From IMG/VR virus record IMGVR_UViG_3300028591_000082: a stretch of 64,000 nucleotides of DNA, one strand, 5' to 3'. Of this stretch, positions 10,801 to 20,042 are shown in pieces. Origin of the DNA: a virus (Duplodnaviria > Caudoviricetes). How positions within the stretch are numbered: position 1 is the first letter of the stretch; every line of letters starts with the position of its first letter. Both the position numbers and the translations under genes were made by a program. The notes beneath the pieces were generated by a model. It was not told the origin of the DNA. It made no database searches and worked only from the letters and a program-made list of their open reading frames with translations.

Positions 10801-12220
10801 TGCAAACTACAAACTTCAATTTATAGATACTCTTGAGCTTGGAAGTATATATGAAAACTTCTATTTAACAGGAGACCCAGATATTGATGAAGAAAACAAA
10901 CCAGAAATAATTGGAATTGAAGGTCAGAGTGTAGTTGGATATAATGATAATGGTATAACAAGGTATAAAGTTGATGAAGCAAAATCTAACTTTGATGTAA
11001 GATTTACAAGAAAACCAAAAGACACAAACTCGCTTGCTTCAATTAAGACAGATTTGGATATTCTAAAAGCAGATCTTATAAAACTTCAAACATCTCAGAT
11101 TGTTAGAGAACCAACAAATGGAGTAGTTTGCCCAGATAAATTTATTTTCTCTGTTGATAATTATGAAATGATGGAAATAAATCTTCGCTATAAGTATGAA
11201 ACTGTTGGGGATATAGATGCTGAAAGTTTTAGAGATTTGATATATAAAGCAATAACAAATTCTGGTACAGAAGCAATAAACCTTTCAAATATAGATCCAT
11301 TAATTTCTGAAAATGTTTATAATATAATAAATTATTCTTATAAATATCAGAACCAACTTGAAATTGGAAACTTTACAAAAAATTCTGATTCTAATATTAC
11401 TTTCTATCATTGTGCTGGAGCATCATATGAACAGGAAAAAGCTTTGTATGAAAAAATATTTGGAACAAAATATACTAATCCAGCTTTATTTGAATTATAC
11501 GAAGAAGAACTTGCCGATTACGAAACTGAAGATGGTGGTTTCTGCCCAAGAGAGGAAGATGATTTAAGCGAAATAAGATTAACATATAAAAAGAAAGTAG
11601 AAAAGGATAATGGAGAAATAGAGATAAGAGATCCAGATTATTATATAGAAACAGTTGCTTCAACTGGAGCAGACGGAAATATTAAGTATAAGTTTAATCT
11701 CAAAAAGACAGTAAATTCTAAATTCCCAGATGTTCCTTTCTATATTCATTTTATAAATGATAGAACTTATGCAATAGATATGGCTGGAAATAAAGTAGAA
11801 TATGATGAAGATATTTTACAAGATTATATGTATAAATATAAGATTTCTGGAACAGATATTTACTTCTTAAAACCATATTTTAGAACTTATGATATTGCTG
11901 CAACAATTCATTATAACTCAAACTTTAATCTTTCTAATATTAAAGCAGAAATTGAAAATGCAATAAACAATAATTTTGGTCTTGAAAAAGCTGAAATAAA
12001 CAAGAGTGTTTCTAAGTCAAAGATTATTAAAACAATAATGAATTGTAGTGGAGTTGAATCTGTAAATATTGAATATTTTGGTCTTGATTATACAAACCAA
12101 GATACATATCAAAATGAGATATATGAAATTCCTGCAGATTTCTATGAAATATTGTTCTTGCATGAGGATGAAGAAAACTCTCATGGAAAAATATTTAATT
12201 ATGTACAATATAATGAATAA
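7823..12220 (+). CDS. gp6: Baseplate wedge protein, gp6/baseplate-J-like, with a large central insertion
   Basis: SEAGSMLTQLMAW, IGYTP, GGADQET and RAVTPDDF motifs, a C-terminal IIKTIMNCSGVESV, and position after gp25. Confidence 0.85.
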   Translation: MATQRLTELPNILYEGINYDNTLAEMLEIIENNPNWKDNWTSYYNSEAGSMLTQLMAWISDNLGVKQDLIYNEMFIGTAQSDDSRIMHLNQIGYTPTMAKSARGKVQIDVNSFSQTDIILTPRRDVDEDISERVSNIFRFKGKNINGDETDYEILQYNNGKPDYMSEVALTGGYTSFDADINGNVIYAYEGTTIYEEFYSETSDGPVFEISNENIDDNTIRVYDVTDNNLEFYKVSSFIDIDAKNDNKPVPYVIEYTTDKKYRIRFASKGVMTYGGSTNYGRLFPAGHTIGVIYRTTSGNLGNSPIGFLKATVSVKNRNGDIVQITVNNTEACQGGADQETIQDAVLNAPLSLRTMDRAVTPDDFDYILGKNTSILKIKTYTPSNQPNNFKSYFGRNINPQEAFAFVALKKNYEGVPTSEYKNFPWITMNKEQVLNEEYCFDAGVFNKEIEYSRMYSNYKVKLPGGEDVIYENARIIQMPDDFCNQIASGNTSGIAVKLSIEKNEEDFFADIPFSLEYDSEDSRYKDAMTVFEEETAEESTSILRRTVDKHAQYISSVGFDKNEPINCTNATMIIYIDEKTGVTIPLGARNNEQCWRFITNPEEEQTASPVGSSNEGLAKANDGIIEMINKQFVNLYTTNAEYSMYDANHSLQLVGLDFNSATTTATSTKNIADEYNSQFNNNTNIIIGIGDDIFSIRVLEEVNENSFEIYPDSMYARIDRKYRNSENQAFNGNELYNNGVLLYNEGTPNYYMTIEKTDFGNYSNGSLGDIAYKVTYALSKAEQAEYVKIWDGTSFNGIVDTDIINKLKSIRLNVIRKFTFDENYSQTAANSYDLAFETLNANPLENGALVMDFEPNILISEDIGIKAKQYFGTKSVPSVQKAASYSKIASAISDGKKLHLKIESPITGSSSTLYFEKPNSSSRDLLNDVFRLPYVGQTSDKAIGVRKIDLYLEDSAGAMFKKDEVAEDRPKSGYFVLQDNVIDSEARYNNIYANYKLQFIDTLELGSIYENFYLTGDPDIDEENKPEIIGIEGQSVVGYNDNGITRYKVDEAKSNFDVRFTRKPKDTNSLASIKTDLDILKADLIKLQTSQIVREPTNGVVCPDKFIFSVDNYEMMEINLRYKYETVGDIDAESFRDLIYKAITNSGTEAINLSNIDPLISENVYNIINYSYKYQNQLEIGNFTKNSDSNITFYHCAGASYEQEKALYEKIFGTKYTNPALFELYEEELADYETEDGGFCPREEDDLSEIRLTYKKKVEKDNGEIEIRDPDYYIETVASTGADGNIKYKFNLKKTVNSKFPDVPFYIHFINDRTYAIDMAGNKVEYDEDILQDYMYKYKISGTDIYFLKPYFRTYDIAATIHYNSNFNLSNIKAEIENAINNNFGLEKAEINKSVSKSKIIKTIMNCSGVESVNIEYFGLDYTNQDTYQNEIYEIPADFYEILFLHEDEENSHGKIFNYVQYNE

Positions 12221-12255
12221 AAGTTAAATATAAATCTTTTTTCATTGGAGTAAAA

Positions 12256-15200
12256 ATGACATTTAACACGCCAAACGTTGATACAATTCTTGAGACATTA
12301 GTATGTAATAACGCACTCATTAATTCTCTTAGAGAAAATGGTGCGCTTATTACTAAAGAAAAACTTCTTGAAGAGTATCATATATCTGTAATGAAACAGG
12401 CGGTTATTGACGCAAATTTCAAAAACGTACAGGCAATGCAAGATTTGGCATTGCTTATTTTAGAAAATGAAGAACACATAAGAAAAGAATCAATTTGGCA
12501 ATTAACAGCAGAGGAATTCTTATTTAAAGAAATAAGAGAAATATTTGGAATTTCAAAAGCAAAAGACAATCTTTATCAATCAATATTTTATTGCTATAAA
12601 TATTGTTATGTTTCATCATTCTTCCAAAATAACGCAGATAAATTTGTACCTCAATGTGATATAGATGAAATAAAAAATAATCCAGCTGCAGATGCATTTC
12701 TTGATGCTATGCTTAAGGAATTTGATAAAATAAGCAGATTGCTTGATGAAACAAAAGATTATCTTGATTATGATAAAATACCTTGGGATTATATAGTATA
12801 CTTAACTCAACTTCTTGGTCTTGAAAAAGATTATCTTAATATAGATGACACAGAAGAAGCTTATTATAGAGAGCTTGCAAAGAACATTCTTGATATTTAT
12901 AGAGTAAAAGGTACAAATTATTCTTTCCAGTTATTCTTTAATTTTCTTGGAATTGAAATAGAAATACATGAATTCTTCTTTGATAGAAGATATTATTACT
13001 CAAAGTATCCTCAGCAAAATGAAGAAACTGGTACATCTGATAAATTCTCAAAGGATTTTTATTTAACAACAATAAACCCATCATATAATTTAAATCCAAA
13101 TTTCAGTACTTCTGAAATTATTAATTTAAGTGATTTTTCAGAGCAACAGAATCTTAAGGATTTTGAAGAACTTGTTTCTGAATATGGTCTTGAAGCTGTT
13201 CTTGGATATTCTGATTATGATAAGAATGGTGAAAAATACGAAGGAAAAGTATATAAATATTTTAAAACAAATTATATTTACTACTATGCTTCGTCACTTG
13301 GAAATAGAGCAAACCTTACTGGAAAACAAATAAATTCTCTTTCTAAATATCTAGACTTTCTTACACCTATTTTTGTAATGAGGGATATTAAGACTATTGC
13401 TTACTCTATAAGTGGAGATTCTGATTTTATAGCATTTAATGGTGGCGGAGATAGAAAATATGGAGCTCTTATAGATGGAACATTTGAAGGTTTCCAGATG
13501 CTTGATAGTGAGTGTTGGGATACTGTAAATAAGGATCTTTATACAACAATTAATGATAATAATGAGATAGTTTATTACTCAAAAAATGGACAAGAAATAA
13601 AGTATAAAAACTCATTACCTACTTGGAATGATGTTGATACACTTACATTTAGACAACCTCTTGATTTTGGATATATTAGTATTTTTACAAGTAGATATCT
13701 TGGTCCAGAAAAACAAATAAATGATAGCACAAATAGGATTCAAAAGAGTTGTCCAAGAAGAGTAAAATTTTATTCATACGATGATGGAAGTGGTAGAGTA
13801 TATAAATATTCTACACCTAGAAGGGTTAGCTTAGATGTTTCAAAAACTGATGTAAGCACAGAAAAAATAAATGGATATTCTAAAATAAATAGTACAAAAG
13901 GTAAAGATGACCCATCAACAGTAAGAAATAGAATAGAAGAAAATGAATATTACAAAGAAATAAAATACGTTATAGACTCTGAAGGTAAAGATGTTAATCT
14001 TTTGCTTGATGGTAAACTAAGCCTAGAAAACTCTAATAACATAAGTAAATTCGAAGAATTAAATAAATGTAGTTGGAAAGAATATTTACTTCCATATGAT
14101 ATAAAAATGTTGAAAACAACAATGTATAGTCAGGAAGTAAATGGAACAACTATTGGAAATGCTGGTATAATATATCCAGCAGAATTAGAAACAAGTGCTG
14201 AAAAAATATTAAATTCATTTAATATAGTTTTATTTACTGGTCAAAAAATAACTAACCCAAGAAATGAAGCTGAAAGATACCTTAATAGTATATATGTAGA
14301 TATAGGAAAAATAAGAAAATATTTAACAGTTGGGGATTGCTTTGTAAAACTTGAAAGTGGAAAATTTAATGTATATAGATGCCAGTATGCAAATAAAAAA
14401 GTTTGGTGGCTTTCTAAACTTTTCCCAGATGTAATTGATTCAAATAACATACCGCATAGAGACTCAAATAATAATATACAACTTAGTGGAAATTATAGAA
14501 ATGAAAGAAATTTCACAAACGCTCTTAAAAATTTCTATACTATATGCCAAAGAGGAAATGTAGATATAGATAGATATTCTCATTTATATAAAGTTGGCGG
14601 TTCAAGTGGGTATTATTATGCTCCTACTCAAGTTTATACAGAAATATATAATGAGGATATATCAAAACCATCTGGACTTGTACGTCATAGCGATAGAACA
14701 AAAGGATGGTATATTGGTAAAAAAGATGATGTTGGAAAAACATTCTTCGAGGGAATAAATATAACATATAGCAATGGAAATCTCTTAGAAAATGCTGCAG
14801 ATAATAATATGAGATATATCTGTTTCTGGGATAGACAGATAGGTGATCTTATATATGATGAATATGATGGAAAAATTTATTGTGTGTGCAATTATGGACC
14901 AAAAGGTCTTGTTGAAATAAAATTTAACGGAACAGTAAAAAAAGTAGGTAATAATTATAGACTTTATGAATATGATGAGTTCTGGAAAGGATATGATGAA
15001 GAAGCTGATTCTGACGATTTTATAGCTTATAATAATGAACATATTATAAATTGGAATGAACTTGGAATTTATGGATATAAATGGCATAGACCAACAAAAC
15101 CATTTACAGATAGACTTTATGATAACTTAGATAATTTCAAAAATCAATTTAACGAAAAGCTTTTTGAAATAATAAGTGATACAAAAGGCGAAAAATCTTT

Positions 15201-18081
15201 CAAAAAAATGCTTTTGAGAGATATTTGGAATAGAACTTATGAAAGTTTTTCTGAAGATTTGAAGAATAGTTTTATTGCAAATTTACCAGATATTCCAGAA
15301 GATGATCCAAATACACAGATTATTGAATATTATACATCGGAAGAATTGTTCTCAGTATTTTATAAAATGTTTGATGAAAACAAATATGATACTGTAGGTG
15401 ATTTGATTCAATTACTTGAAGATAGTGTATTAAAAGAGCATTATGAGTTATCATCAAAAGAATCTATACTTGAAATAGCTTCATTATTTCAAAATGAATG
15501 GTCTGGATTTGACCAATATTATAATTATACATTACAAAGATTTGAAAATTTAGGAAATAATATTAATGATTTTGTAATTGAAGACGATAACAGAGTTTTA
15601 CATGCTAGAGGTAGATATAATTATAATGAGCATAAAGTAATGGATGATTTTGATGAATATAGTTCTTCAACATTCTTAATGCTTGATTTACTTAAAAATT
15701 TTCATGGAAATAACGGAACAAATAATTCTGATGAATTTTTAAAGGAATACTTTTATGAAGAGCTTTTAAAGAGATATAGAGAAGCATTTGTATCTGATGA
15801 CAACGGAACAAATATAGACTCAGTTGATTTTGGAATATTTAGAGCTCTACCTTCGACAGTTGAAAAACTTAACGGTAAAGGTGGAAAATTTGCCGCTCCT
15901 AAAATGCTCAATTCTCAGTTTATAAATGAAGGTGGAGATAATTATACTTCTACAAAAATACCATTAAAATCAATAGAGTTTATAAGAAATACAGATCCAG
16001 GAAAAAAGATTTATATAAAAATAGGAAATCAAACAATACAAAAAGACTCTACAGATATTATTTTCAAATTTGGCTTGAAAGAATGGTATGTTTCATCAAG
16101 AGAAATATTTGGAATTAATACTGTAAATGATTTTAAAGGTGGATGGCTAAAATATGGTGATGTAAATTTAGCTATAGATGAACTTAGAGAAAACTATTTA
16201 AAGAGTTTTTCACCTACAATAAGTATTCCTAGAGACGCCTTGAATGATAATGGTACAATTTCTAAAACATTATCAGATATGGTAGTGTTTAAAACAGAAA
16301 TAGAAAAAGATTATAGTAATGAATATGAATATCATGCTTATTATGTAAATAATAATGTTAAAACAGAAATTAAGTCTATTGAAGATGGTGTTGTAAAAAT
16401 TTATTATAATGGAAGCTGGGCTGATTATAATGAAGATACAAATACATCTGAAAAACTTAATAAATTAAGAGATATATTTAATAAATCTATAATTGAAATA
16501 AAAATAAATAATTCTTCTAAAAATCCTTATTTAACAAAGAAGCGCTTTAAAGATGTTGATTTTGGAAATATTTATGCTTTAAGTGATTGCCAAATTATTG
16601 GAAGTGGTAGATTTGAATTAAAAAGAGAAAACCCTCAGCTTGATGGAAATGTTGGGTATATAACACTTAAATACTTAAGACATAAATTTAAAGATAATGT
16701 TATTTCTGTTCCAAATAGTATTGACTGGGTAAAAATAAAGAATGGTATAAAAGATGAATATACATCATATTTGGATGATAGAGAAGTAGCATCTAAAACA
16801 GTAAATACATTCTATAAAGATGGTGATGAATATGATGAAGAAAAAATTTCTTCTAAAATAGAATTATTAAAAAATGGTGGAGTAATAAATCTTGAAACTG
16901 GTGAGATTGTAAAAAATCCAACTGTTATAGAAAGTAATATTACAGCAGATGCTCCAGCTGGAGCTCAACGTAAAACTTATAGAATAATAACATCTATAAA
17001 AGATGGTGCAACTGATATTACTTCTAAAGCAAAAAAAATAAATGCAAATCTTAGCGAGTTTGCAGAAAGACTTATTGATAAAAGTGGTGATATAATTTTA
17101 AAATTAAAGAATATTTCTTTAAGTGACGTAAAACAAATAGCACTTGCATTTAATTTAAGTTTTGTTAAAGTTGCTTCTAGTGTAATACGTGTATCATCAT
17201 ATTTTAAATTTAGAATATGTATTAGAAAGCAATTAAATGATTTATTATTAAATGTACTAAATTTAAATAATATACATTCTATTGGTATTTTATTAAGAGT
17301 TTTACAGGATAGTATTGATATAGAATCTAATTTAGATAATATTTATAGAAAAGGAATATATGAAGAATCTGATTTAAATGATATAGATACATCATTTAAT
17401 TACAGAATGATTTGTATAAATAAAAAGCCAAGACTTCTTAGAATTTCTGTAAAGAATGCTGTCAAATATTTAAAACTTTTAATAGGATTGCGTTTTATAG
17501 CTTCACTTATAAATGTTATTAGTAATACATCTTCTAGAATTAGAATTGGACATAAATTTAGTTCTTTATTAGATGCAATAGGAATAAGTTTTACCGCAGT
17601 GCATAGAATTGGACATAAATTTAGTTCTTTATTAGATGCAATAGGAATAAGTTTTACCGCAGTGCATAGAATTGGACATAAATTTGGTTCTTTATTAGAT
17701 GCAATAGAAGCAAGATTATCTGATGCTTATGGCAAAATTGGTAAAAAAATAAGAATAAATAATATAACACTTGTAAATAGCAACCTTTTTAGCATTAGTG
17801 ATGAAGAACAAGTACCAGTAGGTGTTTATAAAATATGCTATGGTCTTGATGCACTTTATTGTATAGATACAATTATAGTTAATGGCTCTTCTTCTGAAGC
17901 TAAAGTATATTATATTGCTAAAGCCTCTAATAATTTTGAAATTGCAACTGGTATTGTACCTAATGGTTTTGAATATTATATTATAGTTACAGAAGAAGAA
18001 TGGACAGCACTATCAGAAGAAGAAAAAAATTCTGGAATGTATATAAAAAAAGTAGAACCAGAACCAGAACCTAACCCTTAA
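12256..18081 (+). CDS. Large baseplate wedge protein, gp7/P2 gpI-like N-terminal domain
   Basis: LDYDKIPWDYIVYLTQLLG...IYRVKGTNYSFQLFFNFLG is a tail-protein-I-type motif, and the gene follows gp6. Confidence 0.65.
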   Translation: MTFNTPNVDTILETLVCNNALINSLRENGALITKEKLLEEYHISVMKQAVIDANFKNVQAMQDLALLILENEEHIRKESIWQLTAEEFLFKEIREIFGISKAKDNLYQSIFYCYKYCYVSSFFQNNADKFVPQCDIDEIKNNPAADAFLDAMLKEFDKISRLLDETKDYLDYDKIPWDYIVYLTQLLGLEKDYLNIDDTEEAYYRELAKNILDIYRVKGTNYSFQLFFNFLGIEIEIHEFFFDRRYYYSKYPQQNEETGTSDKFSKDFYLTTINPSYNLNPNFSTSEIINLSDFSEQQNLKDFEELVSEYGLEAVLGYSDYDKNGEKYEGKVYKYFKTNYIYYYASSLGNRANLTGKQINSLSKYLDFLTPIFVMRDIKTIAYSISGDSDFIAFNGGGDRKYGALIDGTFEGFQMLDSECWDTVNKDLYTTINDNNEIVYYSKNGQEIKYKNSLPTWNDVDTLTFRQPLDFGYISIFTSRYLGPEKQINDSTNRIQKSCPRRVKFYSYDDGSGRVYKYSTPRRVSLDVSKTDVSTEKINGYSKINSTKGKDDPSTVRNRIEENEYYKEIKYVIDSEGKDVNLLLDGKLSLENSNNISKFEELNKCSWKEYLLPYDIKMLKTTMYSQEVNGTTIGNAGIIYPAELETSAEKILNSFNIVLFTGQKITNPRNEAERYLNSIYVDIGKIRKYLTVGDCFVKLESGKFNVYRCQYANKKVWWLSKLFPDVIDSNNIPHRDSNNNIQLSGNYRNERNFTNALKNFYTICQRGNVDIDRYSHLYKVGGSSGYYYAPTQVYTEIYNEDISKPSGLVRHSDRTKGWYIGKKDDVGKTFFEGINITYSNGNLLENAADNNMRYICFWDRQIGDLIYDEYDGKIYCVCNYGPKGLVEIKFNGTVKKVGNNYRLYEYDEFWKGYDEEADSDDFIAYNNEHIINWNELGIYGYKWHRPTKPFTDRLYDNLDNFKNQFNEKLFEIISDTKGEKSFKKMLLRDIWNRTYESFSEDLKNSFIANLPDIPEDDPNTQIIEYYTSEELFSVFYKMFDENKYDTVGDLIQLLEDSVLKEHYELSSKESILEIASLFQNEWSGFDQYYNYTLQRFENLGNNINDFVIEDDNRVLHARGRYNYNEHKVMDDFDEYSSSTFLMLDLLKNFHGNNGTNNSDEFLKEYFYEELLKRYREAFVSDDNGTNIDSVDFGIFRALPSTVEKLNGKGGKFAAPKMLNSQFINEGGDNYTSTKIPLKSIEFIRNTDPGKKIYIKIGNQTIQKDSTDIIFKFGLKEWYVSSREIFGINTVNDFKGGWLKYGDVNLAIDELRENYLKSFSPTISIPRDALNDNGTISKTLSDMVVFKTEIEKDYSNEYEYHAYYVNNNVKTEIKSIEDGVVKIYYNGSWADYNEDTNTSEKLNKLRDIFNKSIIEIKINNSSKNPYLTKKRFKDVDFGNIYALSDCQIIGSGRFELKRENPQLDGNVGYITLKYLRHKFKDNVISVPNSIDWVKIKNGIKDEYTSYLDDREVASKTVNTFYKDGDEYDEEKISSKIELLKNGGVINLETGEIVKNPTVIESNITADAPAGAQRKTYRIITSIKDGATDITSKAKKINANLSEFAERLIDKSGDIILKLKNISLSDVKQIALAFNLSFVKVASSVIRVSSYFKFRICIRKQLNDLLLNVLNLNNIHSIGILLRVLQDSIDIESNLDNIYRKGIYEESDLNDIDTSFNYRMICINKKPRLLRISVKNAVKYLKLLIGLRFIASLINVISNTSSRIRIGHKFSSLLDAIGISFTAVHRIGHKFSSLLDAIGISFTAVHRIGHKFGSLLDAIEARLSDAYGKIGKKIRINNITLVNSNLFSISDEEQVPVGVYKICYGLDALYCIDTIIVNGSSSEAKVYYIAKASNNFEIATGIVPNGFEYYIIVTEEEWTALSEEEKNSGMYIKKVEPEPEPNP
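17541..17707 (+). repeat. In-frame 63-bp tandem repeat, about 2.65 copies
   Basis: Units start at 17541, 17604 and 17667 and encode RIGHKFSSLLDAIGISFTAVH; the third copy has one mismatch. Confidence 0.95.
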
Positions 18082-18114
18082 TCTTAGCAAAGTTAAAATA
18101 AAAGGAGAATAATT

Positions 18115-18582
18115 ATGATTACACAACAAATGGTAACACATATAAAAAATAAATTACAAGAAGTAGCAACTAAAACTGGTAATACTTGGACAGCTGATAG
18201 TGCTGGAAGCCAAGATGGAATTTTTATTGTTCTTGCTGAAGCTGCAAATGGTGGAAATCCTGGTAAAATATTAGCAGTTTCAACAAGACTTCCTAAAGAC
18301 ATTATATCAAGCTCAACTACTACAATTTCAATAGGTAACATTCCATATACAGAAACATTATCTATTGATGCTGGTACTGCTAAAGTTTTTAGAATTGTTA
18401 GCGGAACAACAAGAGCAACAACTAACTCAATTATAAATGATCAAGGTAATGAAGTTCCTAAATACCTTCTTGAAACAAGCACTGCAGTAACATTGTTTGA
18501 AGGTGCATTGTCTGGTAATGGTCAAACAATAGAGCAAAACAATAGCTTTGCGCTTACAAATATACAGATATCATTTACCTAA
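18115..18582 (+). CDS. Hypothetical tail/baseplate protein
   Basis: AAGTTAA at 18090 plus AGGAG SD; beta-rich and Thr-rich. Confidence 0.55.
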   Translation: MITQQMVTHIKNKLQEVATKTGNTWTADSAGSQDGIFIVLAEAANGGNPGKILAVSTRLPKDIISSSTTTISIGNIPYTETLSIDAGTAKVFRIVSGTTRATTNSIINDQGNEVPKYLLETSTAVTLFEGALSGNGQTIEQNNSFALTNIQISFT

Positions 18583-18595
18583 TGGATAATTAATT

Positions 18596-18787
18596 ATGGA
18601 TTTTTTAAATTCTAAAGTGATTAAAACAGAAAAACAGGAAGTTATAGATAATAATGGAGAAATTACAACTACAGTATTACTACATCTTCCTGGAACAGAT
18701 GAAAACAGGAAGTTGCTTTACTCTGAGGATATTTTAATCCTTGCTAAATCACAAAGAGAGGGTTTAGCAACTCCAATGGAGCTTTAA
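18596..18787 (+). CDS. Small hypothetical protein
   Basis: Fills the gap between co-oriented structural genes. Confidence 0.5.
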   Translation: MDFLNSKVIKTEKQEVIDNNGEITTTVLLHLPGTDENRKLLYSEDILILAKSQREGLATPMEL

Positions 18788-18789
18788 AG

Positions 18790-19968
18790 ATGCTTAAAGA
18801 TTTGTTTAAAATAAAAGAAAAAGAACAAAATAAAGACCCCATAAAGATTTCTATAGCAGATGGCTATGTTGATATAAAAGGGTATAAAGTTCACGAAGAC
18901 GGCACAAAAGAACTTATTTATCATGATACTGGCGATAATGTAGTTACTGACTGGATGAGACATGCTATTATTTCTCTTCTTGGTGGATATATTTATTCAA
19001 AAAGCGGTAACGTAAGTACATTATCAACCTCACCTGGAATTTCGAGACCAATTGTTAGTGGAGATGCAGGCTTTGAAGATGGGAAAAACAAAGATGGTTA
19101 TATAATTAATGGAGCTCAGTTTCTTGATACTGGTGCTAGAACAAGTATAGCTAGTGGTAAAAATGCATTTTCTTCTTCGAATGATACATATATAATGTAC
19201 CCAACAAAAATTCTTTTTGGAACTGGAAAAGAGTATGCTTCTTTTGATGCTCTTTCTGCAGAGAACTCTGTAGTAAACCAAAACTGGTATAATGATATAG
19301 TTGCTGAATATGGTGGAATTCAGAATGCAACATCTATATTTAATACACAAATATCAACAGATACTAATAAGTTTAGTGGAACAATTGCAAACAATAAACA
19401 TTCTGGTATTGGAAAAACAGTACCTTGTAGAACTGTAAATGATCCAGATACTACATCATCTGTAATACCATCATCTGCAACTATGGCTAAAAACTATAAT
19501 GTAGTTGGAGCTATAAAAACAACATATACTGGAGAAGATAACTCAAAATTAATGCCTTCTATTTCAGAGGTTGGTAAACTTTTAAAACCAGAATGGAGAG
19601 GTGTTGGAAGGCCTTGCTTTATATATTTCACACAGCATCTTAATCTTGGTGCTAACCAGTCTGAAATATTCTTATCAAAAGATTCTTCTTCTGACTTTCT
19701 TAATAAAATAACATTTAAAGTAGTTATGCCAGCGCAGAATGCAACAAATGATGCTATTGGAAAATATTATCCATATAATGGATATACACTTAAGCAGATG
19801 GGTCTTTATAATGATGCTTATCTTGACCCTTCTATGGGTAATGATAATCCAGATAGTTACGCCTACACAAATATGTGTTGCGGAATGCTTCTTGCATTAA
19901 AAAATATAACAAGTTTTACAAAAACGGATGATAACGAAATGACAATTACTTGGACACTTACAATATAA
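18790..19968 (+). CDS. Baseplate / fibre-attachment protein (gp8- or tail-collar-like)
   Basis: Pattern NVVTDW..., KILFGTG, LKQMGLY, LLALKN...TKT...ITWTL is typical of fibre-attachment domains. Confidence 0.5.
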   Translation: MLKDLFKIKEKEQNKDPIKISIADGYVDIKGYKVHEDGTKELIYHDTGDNVVTDWMRHAIISLLGGYIYSKSGNVSTLSTSPGISRPIVSGDAGFEDGKNKDGYIINGAQFLDTGARTSIASGKNAFSSSNDTYIMYPTKILFGTGKEYASFDALSAENSVVNQNWYNDIVAEYGGIQNATSIFNTQISTDTNKFSGTIANNKHSGIGKTVPCRTVNDPDTTSSVIPSSATMAKNYNVVGAIKTTYTGEDNSKLMPSISEVGKLLKPEWRGVGRPCFIYFTQHLNLGANQSEIFLSKDSSSDFLNKITFKVVMPAQNATNDAIGKYYPYNGYTLKQMGLYNDAYLDPSMGNDNPDSYAYTNMCCGMLLALKNITSFTKTDDNEMTITWTLTI

Positions 19969-19975
19969 AATAAAA

Positions 19976-20001
19976 AAGAGGGTTGGATTTCCAACCCTCT
20001 T
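19976..20001 (+). terminator. Stem-loop, probable terminator
   Basis: AAGAGGGTTGGA-tt-TCCAACCCTCTT, followed by AAGTTAA at 20010. Confidence 0.7.
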
Positions 20002-20042
20002 CCTTTATAAAGTTAAAATTATAAAACTTATAGAGGAAAAGG

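Noticed and set aside
17541-17707. CRISPR array
   Set aside because: Contiguous in-frame tandem units with no spacers and no cas genes.
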